From contig JAPLKZ010000007.1 of NCBI GenBank assembly GCA_026387835.1, forward strand, positions 167,257-199,256: a stretch of 32,000 nt of DNA, given 5' to 3'. Below the pieces are notes generated by a model, which worked only from the letters and a program-made list of their open reading frames with translations, did no database searches and was not told the origin of the DNA. Of this stretch, positions 1-9,017 are shown piece by piece (within the stretch, counting starts at the first letter, position 1; each line of letters starts with the position of its first letter). This DNA comes from Candidatus Saganbacteria bacterium (GTDB lineage: Bacteria; Margulisbacteria; WOR-1; JAKLHX01). A program made the position numbers and the translations under genes.

Positions 1-2
1 GG

Positions 3-146
3 AAGCTCGACATGATGGCTCAGGGTATGGAAAAAGCAAACACTTATGTCCAGCGGTTCGTGAAAAATCCGAAGGTCGAGATCGAGAGCATAGGCGCCGG
101 CCTCAAAAAAGCTGCTCAGATATTATTTAGAAAGAAAGGAGAGTGA
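3..146 (+). CDS. 3' end of an uncharacterised protein, truncated by the window edge (...KLDMMAQGMEKANTYVQRFVKNPKVEIESIGAGLKKAAQILFRKKGE*)
   Basis: Frame is open from the left edge to TGA at 144-146, immediately followed by the next ATG at 150; operon-like spacing. Confidence 0.55.
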   Translation, partial: KLDMMAQGMEKANTYVQRFVKNPKVEIESIGAGLKKAAQILFRKKGE

Positions 147-149
147 GAT

Positions 150-359
150 ATGGGTAAGATCAAAAGTTTCCTCACGGGCGGGATGGTCGGAGCGGTGATC
201 GGGATGCTGTTCGCTCCGCAGAAGGGTGACGAGTCCAGAAAAAAGCTCCAGGAAGAAAGCGACAAATGGAGCCCTAAAATAAAAGAGATGGCGGCAGGAG
301 CGAAAGACACCGCGCAAAAGACTATCGATAAAGCCAAGGAAATATTCGGCAAAAAATAA
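150..359 (+). CDS. YtxH-like (gas-vesicle-protein-like) small protein, 69 aa
   Basis: Starts with a glycine-rich hydrophobic segment (FLTGGMVGAVIGMLFAPQKGDESRKKL), typical of YtxH-domain proteins, followed by a charged, Lys/Ala-rich helical tail. Confidence 0.8.
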   Translation: MGKIKSFLTGGMVGAVIGMLFAPQKGDESRKKLQEESDKWSPKIKEMAAGAKDTAQKTIDKAKEIFGKK

Positions 360-1468
360 TGGCTAATCTCGGCCTCGCGGTCGATATCGGCTCGACGAAT
401 ATCGCCGGTTTCATGATAGACCTTGACAAGAGAAAGGATCATTTTTCTCTGTCGATAAAGAACAGCCAGGCTTCCCACGGATCTGACGTGGTAAGCCGGC
501 TGACTTTCGCTTCTCAAAAACAGGACAATGTCAAAGCCCTTCAAAAACAGGTCGTCACCGATCTTAACAACCTCATTTTTGCTCTTTCAAAAAGACTTCA
601 CATCAACAGAAAGCGGCTCAGCAAAATAATCGTTTCAGGCAACACGATAATGCTGCACCTGCTGCTTGGTTTGGATATATCAGGATTTCTGAAATACCCG
701 TTCAAGTCGGAGATCAAAGGTCCTGTTGAAATAAATGCCGAGGAAATCGGAGTAGTCGCTTCAAAAAAAACAAAACTAATAACACTGTCTGTTATTTCAC
801 CGTATGTTGGAGCGGATGTCGTTTCCGGGATCTTATACACAGGAATGCATAAGCTTTCCGGCAGGAAGCTGCTGATAGACCTAGGGACAAACGCTGAAAT
901 CGTTCTTGGCAACAAAGACCGTTTGATCGCGGCTTCAGCCGCGGCAGGCCCTGCATTTAAAGGGAAAGATATCGTTCTTGGATCGGAGATAATATCATCG
1001 GTTGCGAGGATGTTAAAAAACGGACTTATAGATAAAAACGGGAATTTAAAACAATCAAAAGGGAACCCTCTCCCTTTGGGAGAGGGGAAGGGTGAGGGTT
1101 GTAAGGTCCTTTCCCAAGACGACATCCGCTCTTTTCAGCTGGCTAAAGGCGCTGTCAGAGCCGGTATCGAAATATTAATGGAAAAATACGGGATCAACCT
1201 TTCCGATGTCAAAAAAATACTGATCGCCGGCCTGTTCGGAAAAAAGATCGACAGGCAGGATGCTATTACAACAGGTTTGATCCCTTCAGTCCCAAGAACA
1301 ACTGTCCGGGCAATAGGCAATTCATCTTTAGGCGGGGCGAAAAAAGTTCTGCTCGACCCCGGATTACTTGAAGAAGTAAAACAGATCGCAAAAACAGCCG
1401 AGCCCGTAGAACTTTCTTTGGAAAAAGGTTACCAGGAAAGATTTATTTTCCGTATAAACTTTGATTGA
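359..1468 (+). CDS. ASKHA-domain protein related to the C-terminal ATPase of corrinoid activation proteins (RACo/DUF4445), with no N-terminal 2Fe-2S domain in this ORF
   Basis: LAVDIGSTNIAGFMIDL phosphate-1-like motif, IIVSGNTIMLHLLLG, LLIDLGTNAEIVLG, AAGPAFKG, and C-terminal ILIAGLFG / IGNSSLGGAK motifs; overlaps the preceding stop as TAATG. Confidence 0.8.
   Translation: MANLGLAVDIGSTNIAGFMIDLDKRKDHFSLSIKNSQASHGSDVVSRLTFASQKQDNVKALQKQVVTDLNNLIFALSKRLHINRKRLSKIIVSGNTIMLHLLLGLDISGFLKYPFKSEIKGPVEINAEEIGVVASKKTKLITLSVISPYVGADVVSGILYTGMHKLSGRKLLIDLGTNAEIVLGNKDRLIAASAAAGPAFKGKDIVLGSEIISSVARMLKNGLIDKNGNLKQSKGNPLPLGEGKGEGCKVLSQDDIRSFQLAKGAVRAGIEILMEKYGINLSDVKKILIAGLFGKKIDRQDAITTGLIPSVPRTTVRAIGNSSLGGAKKVLLDPGLLEEVKQIAKTAEPVELSLEKGYQERFIFRINFD
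1064..1100 (+). repeat. Palindromic CCCTCTCCC/GGGAGAGGG-type element inserted in frame in the ASKHA gene
   Basis: ccctctccc (1066-1074) ttt gggagaggg (1078-1086) is a perfect 9-bp stem; aaccctctccc (1064-1074) also pairs 10/11 with gggtgagggtt (1090-1100). Translated as NPLPLGEGKGEG. Confidence 0.65.
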
Positions 1469-1484
1469 TCCTCGGGCCCGATCA

Positions 1485-1814
1485 TCACGGTAAGTCGCGG
1501 AATTTCTCGGGGAGCTTATTGAGCAGGTTTTCCTTATCAAGTTCGCATATCATAGCCGATCTGATATTTGTCGAGATAAATCTGCAGCACTCTTTAAATC
1601 CCATTATCCATCTGGCCTGAAAACCTGCTGATATTGAATCTTCAAACATAGAAACGATCTTTTGTTTCCCGAAGCCGTTCTTTGATACCGCGTTGGCAAT
1701 GCTTGCCAGCTTGATCGCTCTTTGTATGGGATGCTCTATCCTTCTCGAAGCCCTTATTACCTTCAATATCTTTTTTTTCTGTAATATCTCAAGATCCTTG
1801 GTTATGTCTCCCAT
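1485..1814 (-). CDS. Hypothetical protein, 109 aa
   Basis: Complete ORF in a gap between plus-strand genes with no competing coding frame; purine-rich ggaaggg upstream of the start. No family recognised. Confidence 0.6.
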   Translation of the reverse strand: MGDITKDLEILQKKKILKVIRASRRIEHPIQRAIKLASIANAVSKNGFGKQKIVSMFEDSISAGFQARWIMGFKECCRFISTNIRSAMICELDKENLLNKLPEKFRDLP

Positions 1815-1925
1815 GATACCCTTCCTTTAAACAGGGTCCTTGCGGTCTGTTATGCTATCCCCCCTGTATATATTTATCGTCAAATATTCGGTGGAATTCC
1901 GCTTATTATTGCCCATTCCGCCTTG

Positions 1926-1934
1926 TGCTATAAT
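1926..1934 (+). promoter_or_regulatory. Extended -10 promoter element TGCTATAAT upstream of argS
   Basis: Exact TGnTATAAT ending 8 nt before the argS ATG at 1943; no clear -35. Confidence 0.55.
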
Positions 1935-1942
1935 CGCTGTAT

Positions 1943-3517
1943 ATGCGGGAAAGAATAATAGAAATCATAAGGTCTGCAACTGGGATAAACGAAATCGACC
2001 TGGAGGTCCCGAAAGAAAAAAAATTCGGGGACTTTTCGACGAATATCGCGATGTCGGCCGCAAAATTACAGGGTAAAAATTCCAGAGAGACGGCAAACGA
2101 CTTTAAGAAAAAAATAGAAGATAATGATAAACAAAACCTCATTAAAAAAGTAGAAATTGCCGGCCCCGGCTTTATTAATCTGTTCATCAATGATGCCGAA
2201 ATAAATGCCGGGCTTAACGGGATAATCAGAGAAGGCGGCGCGTACGGGGCAAATAATACAGGCAACGGTAAAAAGGTCCTGATAGAGTTTGTCAGCGCCA
2301 ATCCGACGGGGCCTCTTCATATAGGCCACGGCAGGTGGGCGGTGATCGGGAGCTCGCTGGCAGAAATACTAAAGGCGAACGGATACAGCGTAGAAACAGA
2401 GTTTTATGTCAACAATATCGGCCGGCAGGTGGATCTTTTGGTGGAATCGGTGCTTTCATCAGTAAAAGATCTTGAGATTCCTGAGGGAGGGTACGGCGGA
2501 AGTTATGTCAAGGATATAGCGGAAGAAATTAAAAAGGAAGCTCCTGAAGATGTCAAACAATATATCTTTGACAGGATCATATGCGGGCAGAAACAGACTC
2601 TCCTTGACGCAGGGGTGGAGTTTGACAACTGGTTCTTTGAGAACACGCTCCACGAGAACGGAGCTGTCGCAAAGACGATAGAGCGTCTGAAGAAGAACGA
2701 TATGACTTACGAAAAAGACGGTGCCGTCTGGTTCAGGTCAGAGCAGTTCGGGGATGACAAGGACAGGGTCCTTGTGAGGGAGAACGGGGAGCCTACATAC
2801 TTTACGGCTGATATAGCGTATCACAGCGATAAGTTCAAAAGAGGCTATGACCTTCTCATCAATGTGTGGGGCACCGACCATCACGGTTATGTGAAAAGAC
2901 TGCAGTCGGCGATGGAAGCCCTGAAGCTGCCCAGCCACAGGCTGGAAATAATAATCGGCCAGCTTGTGACCCTTTACCGGGGAAAAGAACCTGTCAGGAT
3001 GTCAAAAAGGACCGGCGAGATGATAACCCTTAAAGAAGTGATAGATGAGATCGGCTGCGACGCGGCAAGGTTCTTCCTTCTGATGACGGGGGCGGACACG
3101 CACATGGACTTTGACCTGGAGCTGGCCAAGAAAAGATCTCTGGACAATCCGGTATACTATATCCAGTACGCTTACGCGAGGATATGCAATATCCTGAAGA
3201 ACAGCGTTGTCCCGGTCCCTCAACCTGAGCAGGCAGATCTCAGCCTTTTGAAAGAAGAAGCCGAAAGGGATATCATCCTGAAACTGACGGAGTATCCCAA
3301 AGAGCTTGAAGAAGCGGCAAAGGCGATGCAGCCGCACCATCTCGTAAGGTATTTAAGGCAGGTCGCTTCCCTTTTTCATTCCTATTACCACAAGTGCAGG
3401 GTGATATGCGAGGACAAAGAGGTCATGAAAGCAAGGCTTCTTTTGATAGAATCCACTCGAATAGTGCTCTTAAACGTGTTAAAATTATTAAAAGTTTCGG
3501 CACCTGAAAGGATGTAA
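1943..3517 (+). CDS. argS: Arginyl-tRNA synthetase
   Basis: N-terminal VPKEKKFGDFSTNIAM, class I HIGH motif (ANPTGPLHIGHGRWA), MSKRTG motif, and ALRYxxLR-like C-terminal anticodon-binding domain. Confidence 0.97.
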   Translation: MRERIIEIIRSATGINEIDLEVPKEKKFGDFSTNIAMSAAKLQGKNSRETANDFKKKIEDNDKQNLIKKVEIAGPGFINLFINDAEINAGLNGIIREGGAYGANNTGNGKKVLIEFVSANPTGPLHIGHGRWAVIGSSLAEILKANGYSVETEFYVNNIGRQVDLLVESVLSSVKDLEIPEGGYGGSYVKDIAEEIKKEAPEDVKQYIFDRIICGQKQTLLDAGVEFDNWFFENTLHENGAVAKTIERLKKNDMTYEKDGAVWFRSEQFGDDKDRVLVRENGEPTYFTADIAYHSDKFKRGYDLLINVWGTDHHGYVKRLQSAMEALKLPSHRLEIIIGQLVTLYRGKEPVRMSKRTGEMITLKEVIDEIGCDAARFFLLMTGADTHMDFDLELAKKRSLDNPVYYIQYAYARICNILKNSVVPVPQPEQADLSLLKEEAERDIILKLTEYPKELEEAAKAMQPHHLVRYLRQVASLFHSYYHKCRVICEDKEVMKARLLLIESTRIVLLNVLKLLKVSAPERM

Positions 3518-3521
3518 TAAA

Positions 3522-4433
3522 ATGAAAGAATGTTTTTTTGAAGGAAATTTCGTCCCTTTTGAGAAGGCGAACATCTCGATAATGACGCACGCGTTCAATT
3601 ACGGCACCGCGGTCTTTGAAGGAATACGCGGATACTGGAACCCCGAAAAGAAACAGAAATTCATACTGAAGCTTTCAGAGCATTACGAGCGTCTTTTAAG
3701 GTCGTGCAGGGTCATCAGGATAGAATCAAAATACTCCCTCAGGGAACTTTGCGACATAACGATCGACCTAGTCAGAAGGAATAATTACAGAGAAGATATC
3801 TATATCAGGCCTTTAGCATATAAATCAACGAAAAAAATAGGCCTCGGGCTTGTCGGGGTCGAAGATGACCTGTGCATATTCCTGTCACCTTTCGGCGACT
3901 ACCTTGATATCTCCAAGGGCATACGCGTCTGCACCTCTTCGTGGAGAAGGCTGGATGATATGGCGATACCGACGCGGGCAAAGATAACAGGGTCTTATAT
4001 CAATTCTTCCCTGGCGAAATCGGAAGCGATCGAAGGCGGGTTCGAGGAAGCTATAATGCTCTCGCATGACGGGCACGTCTCCGAGGGCAGCGGCGAGAAT
4101 ATTTTTATGGTCAGGGACGGAAAGCTTATAACACCGGTAGTCACCGACAATATCCTTGAAGGCATCACAAGAGGCTGTATAATACAGCTTGCAAAGGATA
4201 AGCTCGGGATAGATGTCATTGAGCGGTCGGTCGACAGGTCGGAGTTATATATTGCCGATGAACTTTTCTTTGTCGGCACAGGCGCTCAGGTCTCTCCGAT
4301 CATAGAGGTCGACAGGCGTGTCGTCGGAAACGGCCAGATGGGCCCCATGACATCAAAACTGCAGAAAGCCTATTTTGCCGCTGCAAGAGGGGACGACCAT
4401 ACATATAAAGACTGGATCACGCCGGTATATTGA
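3522..4433 (+). CDS. ilvE: Branched-chain amino acid aminotransferase (class IV PLP aminotransferase)
   Basis: HAFNYGTAVFEGIRGYW, TKITGSYINSSLAKSEA, EAIMLSHDGHVSEGSGENIFMV motifs. Confidence 0.93.
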   Translation: MKECFFEGNFVPFEKANISIMTHAFNYGTAVFEGIRGYWNPEKKQKFILKLSEHYERLLRSCRVIRIESKYSLRELCDITIDLVRRNNYREDIYIRPLAYKSTKKIGLGLVGVEDDLCIFLSPFGDYLDISKGIRVCTSSWRRLDDMAIPTRAKITGSYINSSLAKSEAIEGGFEEAIMLSHDGHVSEGSGENIFMVRDGKLITPVVTDNILEGITRGCIIQLAKDKLGIDVIERSVDRSELYIADELFFVGTGAQVSPIIEVDRRVVGNGQMGPMTSKLQKAYFAAARGDDHTYKDWITPVY

Positions 4434-4441
4434 TCATATAA

Positions 4442-4792
4442 ATGATAAAAGGGATCGGCATTGATATAGTTGAGATCGAGCGGATAAAGAACGCTGTCAA
4501 GCGCCACGGCGATAAATTTCTCAATAGAGTGTACACTTCTTCGGAACTGTCTTATTGCAAAAAGTTCAGCAAGTTCCGGTTTCCCGAGCTGTCGGTGCGC
4601 TTCGCGGCAAAAGAAGCGTACGCAAAAGCGATAGGCACGGGGATGAACGGCATCCACTGGAGACAGATAGAGGTGCGCAACGATAAAAAAGGCAAGCCGT
4701 ATCTTAAGCTCAACGGCAGGACAGTGAAAAAGGCGCACGTCACGCTTTCTCACAGCAGGGATTACGGCGTGGCATGCGTGGTGCTGGAATGA
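4442..4792 (+). CDS. acpS: Holo-[acyl-carrier-protein] synthase
   Basis: GIGIDIVEIERIK, RFAAKEAYAKAIGTG, HVTLSHSRDYGVACVV motifs; 116 aa. Confidence 0.95.
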   Translation: MIKGIGIDIVEIERIKNAVKRHGDKFLNRVYTSSELSYCKKFSKFRFPELSVRFAAKEAYAKAIGTGMNGIHWRQIEVRNDKKGKPYLKLNGRTVKKAHVTLSHSRDYGVACVVLE

Positions 4793-6345
4793 GATCGATC
4801 TCAACAGCCGAGATGAAACGTATCGATGCCCGGGCCATCAATGACCTCGGCATCCCTCAGATCGTCCTGATGGAAAATGCCGGGTTAAGGGTCATGGAGG
4901 CGATAAAAGAAAACTACGGCATCCCGGAAAGCGCTGTAGTCGTATGCGGTAAAGGCAGCAACGGCGGGGACGCCGCCGTTATAGCAAGGCATCTGTACAA
5001 CAGCGGTTGTGACGTCTCGGTATTTCTCGCCGGTTCTAAAAGCGATCTAAAAAAAGGCGCAAGAATAAACTTTCAGGCAGCCAAAAATATCGGCATCAAT
5101 ATTGCCGAGATAACTAAAAAAACACAGCTCGAGATCCTTTATGATGAGCTTCAAAATACCGGTATAGTGATCGACGGGCTGTTCGGCATAGGCCTCAACA
5201 GTGATGTGAAAGGCTTGCACGCCGAGATCATCGATCTGATAAATAATAATAGAAAACGCGGATATAAGACCGTTTCGGTCGATATACCTTCGGGGCTTGA
5301 TTCTGATACCGGCAAAATAAGAGGACGCTGTGTCGAAGCGGATATGACGGTGACGTTCCACCTGCCGAAAACAGGGATGTTAAAAAACAGCGGACCGGAA
5401 AAGTCAGGGAAAATAGTAGTAGGGGATATTTCCATACCTTATACAGGCCCAAGATCACAGGATCTAAGCCTTAAAAAAATCGCAAATCGCAGATCGCAAA
5501 CCGCAAAAAACAAAAACCTGACAGATATTGTTTTTGTAAAAGAAAGACTTCCGAAGAGAAAAAAGGATTCAAATAAAGGAGATAACGGACGGGTACTGAT
5601 AATCGCCGGATCAGAAAACATGGCCGGAGCGGCGATCCTGACGTCAAAGGCCGCTTTAAGGGCAGGCTCCGGATCAGTATATTTATCTATACCCGGATCG
5701 ATCCGGTCGAATATAAATAAAGCAGTACCTGAAGCTATAACTTATTTTGACCTTAAGGTCTCCGAAATTAAAAAGATGAAATTAGATGCGATCGCCGTCG
5801 GTCCCGGTATAGGCCAGGGGAAAAGAGAGTTTGTAAAAAAACTTATTAAAGCCGACCTGCCTTGTCCCATGGTGATCGATGCTGACGGTCTGAACTCGAT
5901 TGCCGGCGAGCCGAAGGTCCTTCTTTCAAGGACATTCCCGACCGTAATAACTCCGCATCCCGGAGAAATGGCAAGGCTAATAAAGACGACCGCTTCAAAA
6001 ATCCAGTCTGACAGGACAGGCAATGCTGTGAGGTTTGCAAGAAAAAACAATGTCATCGTAGTGTTAAAAGGTTTTAATACTATTATTTCCGACCAGAGAG
6101 GCGGATATTTTATTAATCCCACGGGAAACCCCGGAATGGCTTCCGCGGGCGCGGGAGATGTTCTGACCGGGATCATCGTCTCGTTGATAGGGCAGGGGAT
6201 GGAGACATTTGATGCGGCCGTATGCGGGGCTTATATACACGGCTTGTCCGGCGACCTGGCGGCGAAAGAAAAAGGCAGGATAGGTATCATAGCTTCTGAT
6301 ATAATTGAGGCAATAACGGGAGCTTTAAAATGCGTTTCGGCCTGA
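4789..6345 (+). CDS. nnr: Bifunctional NAD(P)H-hydrate epimerase / ADP-dependent (S)-NAD(P)H-hydrate dehydratase
   Basis: N-terminal YjeF domain (GKGSNGGDAAVIARHL, GLFGIGLNSDV, VDIPSGLDSDTGK) and C-terminal ribokinase-like dehydratase (GPGIGQG, ITPHPGEMARL, NPGMASAGAGDVLTGI). The listed ORF starts at 4774; the ATG at 4789 gives an ATGA overlap with acpS. Confidence 0.94.
   Translation: MRSISTAEMKRIDARAINDLGIPQIVLMENAGLRVMEAIKENYGIPESAVVVCGKGSNGGDAAVIARHLYNSGCDVSVFLAGSKSDLKKGARINFQAAKNIGINIAEITKKTQLEILYDELQNTGIVIDGLFGIGLNSDVKGLHAEIIDLINNNRKRGYKTVSVDIPSGLDSDTGKIRGRCVEADMTVTFHLPKTGMLKNSGPEKSGKIVVGDISIPYTGPRSQDLSLKKIANRRSQTAKNKNLTDIVFVKERLPKRKKDSNKGDNGRVLIIAGSENMAGAAILTSKAALRAGSGSVYLSIPGSIRSNINKAVPEAITYFDLKVSEIKKMKLDAIAVGPGIGQGKREFVKKLIKADLPCPMVIDADGLNSIAGEPKVLLSRTFPTVITPHPGEMARLIKTTASKIQSDRTGNAVRFARKNNVIVVLKGFNTIISDQRGGYFINPTGNPGMASAGAGDVLTGIIVSLIGQGMETFDAAVCGAYIHGLSGDLAAKEKGRIGIIASDIIEAITGALKCVSA
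5479..5506 (+). repeat. Heptamer tandem repeat atcgcaa/atcgcag/atcgcaa/accgcaa in the nnr interdomain linker
   Basis: Four consecutive 7-nt units differing at 0-1 position from ATCGCAA, read directly. Confidence 0.7.
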
Positions 6346-7130
6346 GCATTAAAAAAGAAGAAAAATATTTCGATTATGTCGGCAAGGAGACTCTCCTGTT
6401 CTTCAGGGATTTTGGCGGCATCTGCATCCTTCTATGGCAGGCGCTGACGAGGTCTTTCACTAAAAAGCTGAATATAAAAAATGTGTATGATCAGCTGGTC
6501 AGAATAGGCAACGATTCGATCCCCGTTTCACTCATAACGGCATTTTTTGTCGGCATGGTATTTGCTGTGCAGATCGCTACGGAGTTCACAAAGTTCGGCG
6601 CAGGCAGGATGGTAGGCGCAGTGATGGCCCTGGCAATCGCAAGGGAACTGGCCCCGATCTTGACGGCAGTGGTCCTGGCGGGGCGCGTGGGCGCGGCGAT
6701 CGCCGCGGAGATCGGCACGATGAACGTCACTCAGCAGATCGATGCGATGAGAGCCCTGGGAACGAATCCTATAAACTATTTGGTAGTGCCAAGGTTCCTG
6801 GCGTCGGTGATAATGTTCCCTGTTCTTACGCTTTTTGCCGACCTGATTGGCTTCATCGGATCTTTTCTTGTCTCTGTATTTCTCGCAAATATCAATCCGT
6901 ACAGCTATTTAGAAGCTACTGAACAATTCCTTAAGACGGGAGATATCCTGGCAGGGCTGTTGAAAGCTGTCGTGTTCGGTGCTCTCGTCTCGATCATCGC
7001 CTGCCAGATGGGGCTCAATTCAAAGAACGGGGCAAAAGGCGTGGGAGAAGCCACCACGGCTTCGGTCGTGATCTCTCTGATAACGATATTTGTGGCGAAC
7101 TATTTCATGTCAGTGGCATTGTTCAAATGA
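6330..7130 (+). CDS. mlaE: MlaE-family ABC transporter permease (lipid transport)
   Basis: VGMVFAVQIATEFTKFGAGRMVGAVMALAIARELAPILTAVVLAGRVGAAIAAEIGTM typical MlaE core; followed by an ATPase and an MCE protein. Confidence 0.94.
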   Translation: MRFGLSIKKEEKYFDYVGKETLLFFRDFGGICILLWQALTRSFTKKLNIKNVYDQLVRIGNDSIPVSLITAFFVGMVFAVQIATEFTKFGAGRMVGAVMALAIARELAPILTAVVLAGRVGAAIAAEIGTMNVTQQIDAMRALGTNPINYLVVPRFLASVIMFPVLTLFADLIGFIGSFLVSVFLANINPYSYLEATEQFLKTGDILAGLLKAVVFGALVSIIACQMGLNSKNGAKGVGEATTASVVISLITIFVANYFMSVALFK

Positions 7131-7855
7131 TAAAAATAACATCTCTGACAAAAACATTCGGTAATAAAAAAGTTCTTGACGATGTCAGCCTTGAGATACC
7201 CGACGGCCAGAAGCTGGCAGTTATAGGCCCGTCAGGCTGCGGCAAAAGCACTTTGCTCAGGTTGTTGATAGGTCTCACCGGACCGACAAGAGGATCAGTG
7301 AATATTAACGGCAAAGAGATAACCGTGATGAGCGAAGACAGGCTGATGAAGATCAGGGCCGGCATCGGCATGGTATTCCAAAGTTCGGCTCTGTTTGATT
7401 CGATGAGCGTGTACGAGAACATCGCTTTCGGGCTCAGACAGAACTCCGGGCTCCCCGAGGACCTTATCAGAAAAAAAGTAGCGGAAAAACTTGAGATGGT
7501 AGAGCTCCCGCATATAGAAGGACTTATGCCCGGGGAACTGTCCGGCGGGATGCAGAAAAGGGTAAGCTTCGCGAGGGCGATCGCAAATGACCCTTCAATA
7601 ATCCTTTATGATGAACCGACTACAGGGCTTGACCCCGTGACTTCCACTGTGATCGAGGACCTGATCAACAAACTGACAAGAGAGCTTAAAGCTACGGGTG
7701 TATTGGTGACCCATCAGTTGTCTACGATATTTAGGACAAGCGACAGGATAGTGATGATGAACGAAAGTAAATTCATCGAGGCCGGGTCGGTAGAGCAGGC
7801 AATAAATTCATCTAACCCGATAGTAAAAAACTTCATTAAAGGAGGTCTTCCGTGA
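7127..7855 (+). CDS. mlaF: MlaF-family ABC transporter ATP-binding protein
   Basis: Walker A GPSGCGKST, signature LSGGMQKRV, Walker B IILYDEPTTGLD; overlaps mlaE and mlaD by 4 nt each. Confidence 0.95.
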   Translation: MIKITSLTKTFGNKKVLDDVSLEIPDGQKLAVIGPSGCGKSTLLRLLIGLTGPTRGSVNINGKEITVMSEDRLMKIRAGIGMVFQSSALFDSMSVYENIAFGLRQNSGLPEDLIRKKVAEKLEMVELPHIEGLMPGELSGGMQKRVSFARAIANDPSIILYDEPTTGLDPVTSTVIEDLINKLTRELKATGVLVTHQLSTIFRTSDRIVMMNESKFIEAGSVEQAINSSNPIVKNFIKGGLP

Positions 7856-8967
7856 TGTCAAATCAAATAAAAGTGGGGATAGTCGTCTCGATCGCTATTT
7901 TGCTTTTAGGGGCGATCGTGACATGGAAAAGCGCCATACTGATGCGTTTTACCGGCTATGAGATGATCGGTTCGTTTGAAAACATAGAGGGGCTTACGAC
8001 CGGTTCGGAGATCAGGTACAGGGGTTTTAAGGTGGGTAAAGTGATGCGGATCGATCCGGGCACTGAGGACATAAGGATCTATTGTAATATCGATAACAGC
8101 ATCAAATTTCCGGCGGATTCGACCTTGCGCGTGGCATTTGACGGGCTTGTCGGGATGAAATTCCTAGAGGTCAGGCCGGGACATTCTCAAGCGCTGTACA
8201 AGCCTTCACAGGTATTATACGGGCAGAAGACCTCAGGGATCGTTGATTTTGTCGATATGGGCACGCAGAACCTTATAGAAACAAAAAAAATCCTGATTTC
8301 GATAGCAAATATTGTCGAAAGGCCGGAAATACAACAATCATTCGTAAATGCCGTCTTTAACATCGAAAAAGCCACTGAAGAGATAAACCGTCTGACTAAG
8401 GAGCTGATCGTGCTGGCTAACTCGATCAACAATATCGTTGCGGACAAGAGTTTTCAAAATAACGTGAAAGGCATCGCAAATTCAACGGACAAGACACTTT
8501 CATCCGCAAATAAATTCTTTGAAGGTGTCGGGAACATGCAGATAAAGCCGAGCGGTGATCTGCTGTTCGGAGGCCTGTCTAATCAGATAAAAGGAAACCT
8601 TGATTTTTCGACCGGAGGCGACACGCATGTTTTATTGGCAATGGGGGAGGGCGGGCCTACCAGAAATCTCTCGATGCTTGATGTGCAGGTCGCGAGCACC
8701 GTTGCAAAGAATCTGGGCTTAAGAATAGGAATGATCAATACTTATCTCGGCGGCGGTGTCGATATGAGGTTCAATGACAGGTTCATGCTGAGCGGCGACA
8801 TCTATGACTTCAACAATCCGAAACCTAATTATCCCAAGCTCAGACTTACAGGAGAATACAAGTTCGTGGATTATGTGAACCTCCTGTTCCAGGCGGATGA
8901 TTTTCTTAACGGTCGCGCGAATGCCAATTATTCTCTGGGTGTGAGGATAAAGAGCAGCGTTGATTAA
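7852..8967 (+). CDS. mlaD: MlaD/MCE-domain lipid transport protein, 371 aa
   Basis: N-terminal TM then GLTTGSEIRYRGFKVGKVMRIDP and GMKFLEVRPG MCE signatures; long C-terminal extension. Confidence 0.9.
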   Translation: MMSNQIKVGIVVSIAILLLGAIVTWKSAILMRFTGYEMIGSFENIEGLTTGSEIRYRGFKVGKVMRIDPGTEDIRIYCNIDNSIKFPADSTLRVAFDGLVGMKFLEVRPGHSQALYKPSQVLYGQKTSGIVDFVDMGTQNLIETKKILISIANIVERPEIQQSFVNAVFNIEKATEEINRLTKELIVLANSINNIVADKSFQNNVKGIANSTDKTLSSANKFFEGVGNMQIKPSGDLLFGGLSNQIKGNLDFSTGGDTHVLLAMGEGGPTRNLSMLDVQVASTVAKNLGLRIGMINTYLGGGVDMRFNDRFMLSGDIYDFNNPKPNYPKLRLTGEYKFVDYVNLLFQADDFLNGRANANYSLGVRIKSSVD

Positions 8968-9017
8968 TGTCAATTGAACAACTGCTTTACGGTCAATAAC
9001 CAAGGTAAGATACTTAT

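Noticed and set aside
598-1125. 175-aa minus-strand ORF
   Set aside because: Antisense to the conserved ASKHA gene; composition is explained by reverse-strand reading.
1840-2076. 78-aa plus-strand ORF overlapping argS
   Set aside because: Overlaps the well-supported argS N-terminus in another frame; no family resemblance.
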